From Clostridiales bacterium (GTDB lineage: Bacteria; Bacillota; Clostridia; Christensenellales; DTU072): 64,000 bases of DNA. Positions 10,717-19,342 of the stretch are shown in pieces (position 1 is the first letter of the stretch; each line of letters opens with the position of its first letter). The position numbers and the translations under genes were made by a program. The stretch spans positions 129,247 to 193,246 of the forward strand of contig DUUO01000005.1 of the NCBI GenBank assembly GCA_012841525.1. The letters are read 5' to 3'. A model generated the notes under the pieces. That model worked only from the letters and a program-made list of their open reading frames with translations, was not told the DNA's origin and ran no database searches.

Positions 10717-10920
10717 ATGGATTTTGAAGCAAATTTAGCAAAGCTTGAAAGTTTACTCAATAAGCTTGAAAATGAACAAACCACAATTGATGAAAGTTTG
10801 AAAATTTATGAACAAGCAATAACTTTATCAAAAAAATGTATTGATAGTATCAACAAAAGTAAAGGTAAACTTGAAATGCTAACTCAAGAACTAAATAAAA
10901 TTGATTTTGATATTAATTAG
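10717..10920 (+). CDS. xseB: Exodeoxyribonuclease VII small subunit
   Basis: 67 aa helical protein (FEANLAKLESLLNKLENEQTTIDESLKIYEQ), immediately after xseA with SD GGAGG upstream. Confidence 0.85.
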   Translation: MDFEANLAKLESLLNKLENEQTTIDESLKIYEQAITLSKKCIDSINKSKGKLEMLTQELNKIDFDIN

Positions 10921-10974
10921 TGCTATATTTTGCTAATATACAATATTTCTTGTTTTTTATGTTATTATAATAGT

Positions 10975-11550
10975 ATAAAGAGTGCTACTGTATTCTAGTC
11001 AGATAAGATACAGCTGAAGGCGGGGTTAAAATACCGTCAAAGAGCATATCGATGAAGTTCCTTGTGTTTGCTTGAGTTGCCCAAACTTGGGTTGATGCTG
11101 GGAGTTAAGGTTATTGGACGTCAAATAATGGCATATTTGAGCCGATCCAGTTTCCGTGGAGACCTATATTGGTGGGGTGACCTGCTGAATAGGATTAAAC
11201 CTGTTTATGCGGTGACATTTAGCTGTGTACAGTGTAGCTTGCCTTGAGCGACATAATGAGGATTAGGGTTACAAGAATAACTTGCTCGCGAACTTGATTG
11301 TTCTAGTGCCTATGAAACTTATTGTTGCAAAAGAGGATAGGTTGTGTCGAATCTGTTAAAGAAATTTTCTAGACAGCCCTAGATTAAGGATTATAGTGTG
11401 TACTAAGTGGCGATTCGGTTATACTCTGAGTAATCAAGTATTGTAGAACTTAAAAGGAAACTGCTTGTTTGGCGACATCAAGTGTTTTATAGGGAAATCC
11501 TACCGAACCTATGTAGCAAGGTTTACTTAATCTACAGCACTCTTTTATGT
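10975..11550 (+). ncRNA. ole: Large structured non-coding RNA, OLE (ornate large extremophilic) RNA candidate
   Basis: A ~700-bp stretch has no credible ORF. GC is about 43% in 11101-11160 versus under 30% in the flanks. A closing helix pairs AGAGTGC (10979-10985) with GCACTCT (11537-11543). Local hairpins lie at 10988-11013, 11368-11383 and 11490-11502. TATAAT at 10966-10971 places the transcription start near 10978. The position between xseB and a 4-TM protein, upstream of nadK-argR-recN, matches known OLE loci. Confidence 0.6.
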
Positions 11551-11620
11551 TAACCAACAAAAAGCAATTTGTCGCATAGGCTAATAAATATTTTTTGTAA
11601 AATATATTGAAAAATTAATA

Positions 11621-12301
11621 ATGAAACATAAAAATTTAGAGAAAAATTGTGATGAAAACGAAAAGCTATCCGATAAAAATGGTGATAGTGAGCCTTGTGA
11701 GAATAAAAAAGCACAAACACGTTTAGCGTCAAAAACTGAAAAACAAAAAAACAAAAAAGCTAAAATTTCAAAATACAAGGCTATAAAATGGGTTTTAATA
11801 GTAACTGTACTCACTTTTGTTCTTGCTTTTTTGTTTTCTTTTGTTGCTGAAATAACTGTTTCTAAAGCAGGATTAATTTTTTCCTTAGTTTTGCTTTTTA
11901 TTTTAATATTAATCAACTATTTTTTTGATGCAATAGGTGTTGCTGCAACAGCTTGTGAAGAACAACCATTTCATTCTATGGCAAGTAGAAAAGAAAAAGG
12001 TGCAAAAATGGCAATAATGCTTGTTAAAAATGCTGATAAGGTTTCATCAATGTGTTGTGATGTAATTGGCGATATTTGTGGAATTATATCTGGTGCTTGT
12101 TCAATTTCAATTGTTTTGATGCTTTCAACAAAGATCAATAATCCACAAACAACATTTTGGTTAACCATTGCTTTTTCTGCTTTAGTAAGTGCTATTACAG
12201 TAGGAGGCAAGGCTCTCATTAAAATTTTTGCAATTAGAAAATCTAAAAATATAATTTTGCTAACTGCTAAATTTTTATCTATATTTAGTCGTAAGAAATA
12301 A
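11621..12301 (+). CDS. oapA: Small 4-TM membrane protein, OapA-like (OLE-associated protein A) candidate
   Basis: 226 aa. A ~55-aa Lys/Glu-rich N-terminus is followed by four predicted TM helices and a cytoplasmic loop with the motif DVIGD. It lies immediately downstream of the large RNA on the same strand. Confidence 0.5.
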   Translation: MKHKNLEKNCDENEKLSDKNGDSEPCENKKAQTRLASKTEKQKNKKAKISKYKAIKWVLIVTVLTFVLAFLFSFVAEITVSKAGLIFSLVLLFILILINYFFDAIGVAATACEEQPFHSMASRKEKGAKMAIMLVKNADKVSSMCCDVIGDICGIISGACSISIVLMLSTKINNPQTTFWLTIAFSALVSAITVGGKALIKIFAIRKSKNIILLTAKFLSIFSRKK

Positions 12302-12369
12302 ATAAATATTTCATTGTTTAAATTTAATATACATTAATGTATAATTAACTAAGTAAAGGGATAAAAAGA

Positions 12370-13215
12370 ATGAATTTTGGTATATATGCAAACTTAACAA
12401 AAGATTTGAATGGATTAGAAACAAAAAAAGTTTATAATTCTCTTGTTAATCTTCTCTTAAATGAAGATAATTTATTTTTATCAAATGATTTAAAAAGTCT
12501 TGAGATTGATGGAAACTATGTAAACAATGAGATTTTATTTAAATCTTGTGATATTGTTATTTTACTTGGTGGCGATGGAACTATACTCCATATCGCAGAA
12601 CTTGCTTCAAAATATAAAACAAAAATTTTAGCATTAAATTTAGGTAGTAGAGGTTTTTTAACTGAAATTCCTCCAAAAGACTTAAATAAAATTTTAAAAG
12701 ATGTTTTAAAAGGAATTTACTGCTTAGATAAAAGATTTATGATTAAAGCAAAAATAAAAAATCAAACTTATATCGGACTTAATGATGTTGTGGTTTCAAG
12801 AGGTAGTTCAAAAGCTGGTTGCTTTTACATTTATATAAATGATTTCTTGGTTGATAAATATACATCAGATGGTGTTATAGTAAGCACACCAACAGGTTCT
12901 ACAGCATATAACTTGTCATCAGGTGGTCCAATATTAGCTCCAGATGTTTCGGCATTGGTAATAACTCCAATTGCAGCTCATAGTCTACATACTAGACCTT
13001 TAGTTGTAAATTCAAACAATATAATCAAAATTGAAGCAAATAAAATATCTACAAAAGCACAATTAAATGTTGATGGAGTTGATGTTTGTACTCTTAATAA
13101 TAGAGAAAGTGTTAAAATCACTAAATCAACAAACAGTTTGTTGTTTATTAGAACAGAAACTTATAATTATTATGATAGATTTTTAGATAAGCTATTAAAT
13201 TGGGTGCTTATATAA
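12370..13215 (+). CDS. nadK: NAD kinase
   Basis: 281 aa with GGDGT, NDVVV and DGVIVSTPTGSTAYNLSSGGP motifs. SD AAAGGG lies upstream. Confidence 0.9.
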   Translation: MNFGIYANLTKDLNGLETKKVYNSLVNLLLNEDNLFLSNDLKSLEIDGNYVNNEILFKSCDIVILLGGDGTILHIAELASKYKTKILALNLGSRGFLTEIPPKDLNKILKDVLKGIYCLDKRFMIKAKIKNQTYIGLNDVVVSRGSSKAGCFYIYINDFLVDKYTSDGVIVSTPTGSTAYNLSSGGPILAPDVSALVITPIAAHSLHTRPLVVNSNNIIKIEANKISTKAQLNVDGVDVCTLNNRESVKITKSTNSLLFIRTETYNYYDRFLDKLLNWVLI

Positions 13216-13393
13216 AAAATATTATGGTTACATCTGAAAATTTAAAAGCAGTTTTATAAATTGTAAAATAATAAAATATTACATGTAATTGCTGAATTAA
13301 GAAACAATATAATGTTGCTAACTATAATTTAGTTAAATTCAAACAACATTTGTTATATGGGGAAAATACCAAGATAAAGGGTATTATATTTAT

Positions 13394-13834
13394 ATGTCAA
13401 AAATTAAAAGACATAAAAGCATACTTGCATTAGTCAATGAAAAAAATATTGAAACTCAACAAGAATTAACTGATATGTTAAATTCATTGGGATATAAAGT
13501 TACACAAGCAACTATCTCAAGAGATATAAAAGAACTAGGTCTAGTTAAAGAATCATATGCTGGAAAAACATATTATATGCAACCATTAGATCCAAGACTC
13601 GAAAAATTAGTTTCAATATTCAGACAATCAGTTGTAAGTATAGATTATGCTAATAATATTATTGTAATAAAGACAATTGAAGGATCTGCAAACTCTTCTG
13701 CTGCTTTAATTGATTATATTAACAACCCACAAATACTAGGAACAGTTGCTGGCGATGATACTATATTTATAGTAGTTAAAACAGAGTCAGAAGTTATTAA
13801 AATTATAGATTTATTAAAAAAATACATGCATTAG
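13394..13834 (+). CDS. argR: Arginine repressor
   Basis: 146 aa. N-terminal wHTH (QQELTDMLNSLGYKVTQATISRDIKELGLVK) and C-terminal oligomerisation/arginine-binding motif GTVAGDDTIFIV. Confidence 0.9.
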   Translation: MSKIKRHKSILALVNEKNIETQQELTDMLNSLGYKVTQATISRDIKELGLVKESYAGKTYYMQPLDPRLEKLVSIFRQSVVSIDYANNIIVIKTIEGSANSSAALIDYINNPQILGTVAGDDTIFIVVKTESEVIKIIDLLKKYMH

Positions 13835-13838
13835 TAAT

Positions 13839-15548
13839 ATGATTTCAACACTTTTAGTACAAAATATCGCTTTAATTCAAAATGCAGAAATTAATTTTGG
13901 AAAAGGGCTCAATATTATTTCAGGAGAAACTGGTTCTGGAAAATCTATATTAATAGATAGTTTAAATTTTGTTTTAGGTGACAGAGCAGACAAGTCATTA
14001 ATCAGACATAACAGCGAAACCGCTCTAGTCGAAGTTACCTTTGTCGATGTTAAAAATAAAGAAATTGAAAATTTATGTAATTTATATGGAATTGATTTTG
14101 ATGATGAAATTATCATTAATAGAACCATGACAATTAATGGGAAAAATGAGTGTAGAATCAATGGACGGCTAATTACAGTTTCTCAAGTTAGAAAAATTGT
14201 TTCTCTGTTAGTTGACGTGCATTTACAACATCAAAATCAGTATTTATTAAATGAGCAAAATCATATTTACATATTTGATGAATATATTGGCAATTCAATT
14301 TTGAAAATTAAAAATCATTATAGAAGTTTATTAACCACATATAACAATATACTAAAAGATATAGCGTCATATGGTAATGAAAATGAAAGAATTTTTGAAA
14401 TCAATATGTTATCACATCAATTAAAAGAAATTGAATCAACAAAAATTGAAAAGGGAGAAGAAGAAAATTTAATAAAACAAAGAAATATATTGCAAAATCA
14501 AGAACATCTAATCTTGTTGTTAGAAGAAGCAGCAAATCTTTTAGATTATGGCAATGAATTTTCTTGTTTATCGTCACTAAACAACATACTAAAAAGCTTA
14601 AAGGGAACTGAAAAATATACAGATAACTACATTCCTTTAGTAGATAGAATAGAAAGTTGTAGTATTGAACTTAGCGATATATTGTCAGAAATTAAAAACA
14701 CACTAAGTGATTTTAATTTATTAGATATTAGTTCTCTAGATTCTATTAATAAAAGATTAGATCAAATACGTTCAGTAAAAAGAAAATACGGAAGTGATAT
14801 TGAAAGTATTCAATCTTTTTATAATCAAGCAAAAAACAGGTTAGAAAAGTTATTAAATGCAGAAAATCATCTTAATAAACAAAAAGATGAAAAAGATAAA
14901 ATATATAAACAATTATTAAAGTTAGCTGACGAGATGCATTTGCTTAGACAAAAGCATTCAAAAAGTTTTGCCAATGAAATAATTTCTCATTTAAGAGATT
15001 TGGATATGCAAAATGTTCAGTTTGAAGTAAATATAATAAAAAATGAAAATATAAGTTTTGAAGATTTTAACAATAATGGTTATGATAATGTTGTTTTTAA
15101 CATCAGTCCAAATCTTGGTGAGCCTTTAAAAAATTTATCAAAAATTGCTAGCGGTGGCGAAATGAGTAGATTAATGGTAGGGCTAAAAAACATCACTGCA
15201 GATTTTGAACATATTGATACATTAGTTTTTGATGAAATAGATACTGGTATTAGTGGATATGTAGCAAAGACTGTAGCAAAAAAATTATATAACATAGCAT
15301 TAAATCATCAAGTTATATCAGTTACACACTTACCACAAATTGTAGCAATGGCAGATGTTCATTTTTTAATTTCTAAACATACTAAAAATAATTCCACTTT
15401 TACACAAGTTACAAAGCTAAATGAAGAAGAATCATTAAAAGAAATTATGAGACTTGCAGGAAGTGATACAAAAAGTGTAGCTGGATTAAATAATGCAAAA
15501 GAGCTTAAAACATGGGCAAACAACTATAAAACACTTAAAAACAGCTAG
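13839..15548 (+). CDS. recN: DNA repair protein RecN
   Basis: 569 aa. Walker A GETGSGKS, a long coiled-coil middle, the SMC signature ASGGEMSRLM and Walker B LVFDEIDTG. Confidence 0.92.
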   Translation: MISTLLVQNIALIQNAEINFGKGLNIISGETGSGKSILIDSLNFVLGDRADKSLIRHNSETALVEVTFVDVKNKEIENLCNLYGIDFDDEIIINRTMTINGKNECRINGRLITVSQVRKIVSLLVDVHLQHQNQYLLNEQNHIYIFDEYIGNSILKIKNHYRSLLTTYNNILKDIASYGNENERIFEINMLSHQLKEIESTKIEKGEEENLIKQRNILQNQEHLILLLEEAANLLDYGNEFSCLSSLNNILKSLKGTEKYTDNYIPLVDRIESCSIELSDILSEIKNTLSDFNLLDISSLDSINKRLDQIRSVKRKYGSDIESIQSFYNQAKNRLEKLLNAENHLNKQKDEKDKIYKQLLKLADEMHLLRQKHSKSFANEIISHLRDLDMQNVQFEVNIIKNENISFEDFNNNGYDNVVFNISPNLGEPLKNLSKIASGGEMSRLMVGLKNITADFEHIDTLVFDEIDTGISGYVAKTVAKKLYNIALNHQVISVTHLPQIVAMADVHFLISKHTKNNSTFTQVTKLNEEESLKEIMRLAGSDTKSVAGLNNAKELKTWANNYKTLKNS

Positions 15549-15740
15549 TTTGTTACAAAAAACTGCTTATTTTAGAATAAAATTTGCAAAAAATCACCTT
15601 TGTTTTTCAATAAAATTAGTTTTAAATATTTTATTTGTTTATCCTATGATATTAATTGAAGATAGTCCATACATTAATGTATAATATTTTATACACGCTA
15701 AATAACATTTTATCTAAGTAAATAATATATGGAGAATTTT

Positions 15741-16760
15741 ATGAATGAAAAAATTAAATCACTTGTTCAAATTTCACTAGAGCGAATTAACAATTGTAAC
15801 TCAATTAATGATTTAGAACTAATTAAAATTGAACTGTTATCAAAAAACGGTTCTTTTGCTAATTTAATGAAAGACTTAAAAGCTATTCCAAATGATCAAA
15901 AACCATATTATGGAAAAATTATTAATGAAGCAAAATCTGAAGTTTTGAATGTATTTTCACAAAAGTTTTCGTTTCTTAACGAACAAGCACTAAAAGAAAA
16001 AGAAAAAAGCGAAGCATTAGATGTTACTTTATCTAAAAAAAGAGAAATTGGGGCATTTAATCCTATTAATATAGTGAAAAAAGATATTTCTGATATTTTT
16101 ATTGGAATGGGATTTAGTTTGGCAGATGGTCCTGAAATTGAATTAAAAAAATATAATTTTGATTTATTAAATATTCCTGATGATCACCCAGCTAGAGATT
16201 TAACAGATACTTTTTATATCACAGATGATTTACTGCTTAGAACACAAACTTCTGGTGTTCAAATTAGAGTTATGGAAAAGGAAAAACCACCAATTAAAAT
16301 TATTTGCCCAGGTAAAGTTTATCGTCCTGATGATGATGCAACACATAGCCCTATGTTTCATCAAATTGAAGGCTTATATGTTGATGAAAATGTCACTTTA
16401 AAAGATTTAAAGAAAACACTAGAAGAATTTGCTAAATTATTTTTTGACAAGGATACAATCGTTAGATTTAGACCTTCATTTTTTCCATTTACCGAACCAA
16501 GTGTAGAAGTTGACCTAAGTTGTAGAATGTGTCATGGAAAGGGATGTAGTTTATGCAAATATACTGGTTGGCTTGAGCTTTTAGGTGCTGGTGTAGTTAA
16601 TCCAATTGTATTAGAAAAAGCTGGATTAGATAGCAAAAAATATTCTGGTTTTGCTTTTGGCATCGGTGTAGAAAGAGCAGCAATGATAAAATATGGAATT
16701 CCAGACATGAGGCTCATGTTTGATAATGACATTAGATTTATAAAACAATTTAAATTTTAA
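15741..16760 (+). CDS. pheS: Phenylalanine--tRNA ligase alpha subunit
   Basis: Class II aaRS motifs are present (HPARD, FRPSFFPFTEPS, GAGVVNP, GFAFGIGVERAAM). The ATG at 15741 has a GGAGA SD 6 nt upstream; the track ORF starts at 15729. Confidence 0.93.
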   Translation: MNEKIKSLVQISLERINNCNSINDLELIKIELLSKNGSFANLMKDLKAIPNDQKPYYGKIINEAKSEVLNVFSQKFSFLNEQALKEKEKSEALDVTLSKKREIGAFNPINIVKKDISDIFIGMGFSLADGPEIELKKYNFDLLNIPDDHPARDLTDTFYITDDLLLRTQTSGVQIRVMEKEKPPIKIICPGKVYRPDDDATHSPMFHQIEGLYVDENVTLKDLKKTLEEFAKLFFDKDTIVRFRPSFFPFTEPSVEVDLSCRMCHGKGCSLCKYTGWLELLGAGVVNPIVLEKAGLDSKKYSGFAFGIGVERAAMIKYGIPDMRLMFDNDIRFIKQFKF

Positions 16761-16770
16761 GGGGAAAATT

Positions 16771-19179
16771 ATGTTAGTACCAATTAAATGGCTTAAAGAA
16801 TATATTGATTTTGATTTAGATGTTGATGAAATTTCTGAAAAACTTATTGATTGTGGATTTGAAGTTGAGCAAATTATAGATCAAAGTAAACAATATGAGA
16901 ATATATTGACAAGTAAAATTATTGAAATTACGGATCACCCAAATGCTTCTAACTTAAAAGTTTGTAAAGTTGCAGTTAATGATGGAGAAATTAAACAAGT
17001 AATAACAAACTCAAAAACTTTAAATGTTGGTGATTTTGTTTTCTTGGCTTTAGATGGAGCAACACTTTTTACTGGATTATCAATAAAAAACACGGAAATT
17101 CGTGGAATTTTATCTCAAGGAATGTTTTGTGGTTTGTCTGAATTAAATCTAACAAAAGATGATTTTGATTATCCAGTTGATGAAAAAGAAGTATTAAAAA
17201 TTATTGACCGAAATATAAAACCTGGTTTGAAGTGTGCAGATTTTTTAGAATTAAACGATATTATTTTAGATGTTTCAATCACATCTAATAGACCAGATGC
17301 AAATAGTATTTTAGGAATTGCAAGAGAGCTTTCTTCTTTATTATCAAAACCATTGAAAAAAAGAGATTTATTGCAATTAGAAAAATCTCCAAATCTAAAT
17401 TACAAATTAGAAATTTCTAACAAAGAAGACTCTAAATGTCTCGCTTATTATAGTGCCATTATTGAAGATGTAAAAATTTTACCAACTCCCAAAATAATCA
17501 AAAACAAATTAAAGTCTGTCGGAATTCGTTCAATAAATAATTTTGTAGACTTAACTAACTACATTCTAGTATCAATTGGACAACCAATGCATGCTTTTGA
17601 TTACGATAAAATAGACGGACAACAAATTATTATCCGTAATGCTAAGGAAAAAGAAAAAATCATAGCATTAGATGGAAAAGAATATACTTTGATGAAAGAC
17701 AATCTAGTTATTGCTAATCAAAACGAACCAATGGCAATAGCAGGAGTTATTGGTGGCGAAAAAAGCTCTGTAACAAAAAATACTAAAACAATTGTGTTAG
17801 AAAGTGCTGCTTTTAGCAAAGAAACAGTAAGAAAAACATCTAAAACCTTAGGTATTCGTACAGATAGTTCTGCTCAATTTGAAAAGGGAGTTAATCCTAC
17901 AACACAACTACAAGCTATAGAAATATTTTTATTTTTAGTTGAAAAATACAAATGGGGAAATGTAAAAAGAAATTACGATGGCTTTTCAACTAATGTGCAG
18001 AAAAATCTACAAATTGTATTTTCTCCTAAAGATATTGCTAAAGTTTTAGGTATTTATATAGAACAAAATATAATCGAAAATATTCTTAAAAACTTAAATT
18101 TTGAAATATTATTAGATGATAATGGCATTTTTAAAGTTATTGCACCACAATATAGAACTGACATCTTTTCAGTTAACGACATTGCTGAAGAAATAATAAG
18201 AATATATGGATATGATAAACTTGAGTCTGATGAAAGTACTCGTTTTAATTTAACAGTTGGCTCAATAAATGAAAAAGAAAAATGCTTAAATAATATTAGA
18301 AATTTAGCCATTTACAATGGAATGCATGAAACTATGACTTACTCCTTTATTGGCGAAAATGATTTTAACAAAATTAATTTACCAAAGACAGATAAACTAA
18401 GAAACGGAATAAGGTTATCAAATCCTTTAGGAGTAGATATGTCAATAATGAGAACAACTCTTATACCAAGCATGCTCAATGTAATGGAAAAAAACTTTAA
18501 TAGAAGTAATAAATCTGCAAAGTTTTTCGAAATCAGCAAAACTTACGAATGGGAAAATGAAAAAGAGCTTACCGTAAAAGAAAATTTAATGCTTTGTCTT
18601 GGTGCTTATGGTGGTGTAGACTTTTATTCGTTCAAATCTATTATAGAAGCAATATTTGATAAAATGGCTATTAACATAAGATTTAAAGCTTCACAATATC
18701 CATTTTTACATCCATATATATCTGCTGATCTTTTTATTCAAGATGCTGATAAAGAAATTAAAGTAGGTGTTTTAGGGCAAATTAATAATAAATTAACAAA
18801 AAATTACAATTTGCTGCCTAACTCTTTTATTGCTGAAATTAATCTGGACTTGGTCTTAAATAATTACTATGGCTATAAAGGATATTCAACAATTTCAAAA
18901 TATCAACCTGTTGAAAGGGATTTTGCAATTGTATGTGAAAAAAATATACCTGCACAAGCAATAATAGATATTATTGAAGAAGCAACGCAGCCTTATACAA
19001 AATCTATTAACATTTTTGATGTTTATCAAGGAAAACAAATTGAAGAAAACAAAAAAAGTATTGCATTACGTGTAATTTTGCAAAGTGATACAAAATCTTT
19101 AAGTGAAAATGATATTAATGAAATTACTAAAAAAGTAGTTAAAAATCTATATGAAAAAATTCAAGCAACATTGAGATAA
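16771..19179 (+). CDS. pheT: Phenylalanine--tRNA ligase beta subunit
   Basis: 802 aa. It has an N-terminal tRNA-binding OB domain, B3/4 and B5 domains and a C-terminal FDX-ACB domain (RDFAIV...FDVYQGK), directly after pheS. Confidence 0.95.
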   Translation: MLVPIKWLKEYIDFDLDVDEISEKLIDCGFEVEQIIDQSKQYENILTSKIIEITDHPNASNLKVCKVAVNDGEIKQVITNSKTLNVGDFVFLALDGATLFTGLSIKNTEIRGILSQGMFCGLSELNLTKDDFDYPVDEKEVLKIIDRNIKPGLKCADFLELNDIILDVSITSNRPDANSILGIARELSSLLSKPLKKRDLLQLEKSPNLNYKLEISNKEDSKCLAYYSAIIEDVKILPTPKIIKNKLKSVGIRSINNFVDLTNYILVSIGQPMHAFDYDKIDGQQIIIRNAKEKEKIIALDGKEYTLMKDNLVIANQNEPMAIAGVIGGEKSSVTKNTKTIVLESAAFSKETVRKTSKTLGIRTDSSAQFEKGVNPTTQLQAIEIFLFLVEKYKWGNVKRNYDGFSTNVQKNLQIVFSPKDIAKVLGIYIEQNIIENILKNLNFEILLDDNGIFKVIAPQYRTDIFSVNDIAEEIIRIYGYDKLESDESTRFNLTVGSINEKEKCLNNIRNLAIYNGMHETMTYSFIGENDFNKINLPKTDKLRNGIRLSNPLGVDMSIMRTTLIPSMLNVMEKNFNRSNKSAKFFEISKTYEWENEKELTVKENLMLCLGAYGGVDFYSFKSIIEAIFDKMAINIRFKASQYPFLHPYISADLFIQDADKEIKVGVLGQINNKLTKNYNLLPNSFIAEINLDLVLNNYYGYKGYSTISKYQPVERDFAIVCEKNIPAQAIIDIIEEATQPYTKSINIFDVYQGKQIEENKKSIALRVILQSDTKSLSENDINEITKKVVKNLYEKIQATLR

Positions 19180-19342
19180 AAAAGTATACTTCATATTTAG
19201 AAATTAACAACTAGCAAGATAAAATCATTGTATCATGTAAAAAAAATATAAATAATTAATATACACTAAAAATCTATTATTAAAATTGTTTAACTAAAAT
19301 CAATATGCAAAATTTATGACAAAACAATACAAGGAGACTAGG

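Noticed and set aside
11062-11916. Track ORFs 11062-11247 (+), 11550-11732 (-) and 11581-11916 (-) in or around the large RNA and the oapA-like gene
   Set aside because: They have no SD sequences and no recognisable family, and their composition is odd (Cys/Trp/Leu-rich or Phe/Ser-rich). They overlap each other, the helix-closed RNA and the better-supported plus-strand membrane protein. They are treated as spurious.
15549-15740. Searched for a T-box leader upstream of pheST
   Set aside because: No T-box 14-mer (AANNNGGGTGGTACCGCG-like), specifier loop or terminator/antiterminator pair is visible. The spacer is too short (about 190 nt) and too AT-rich. Only a promoter-like element was found.
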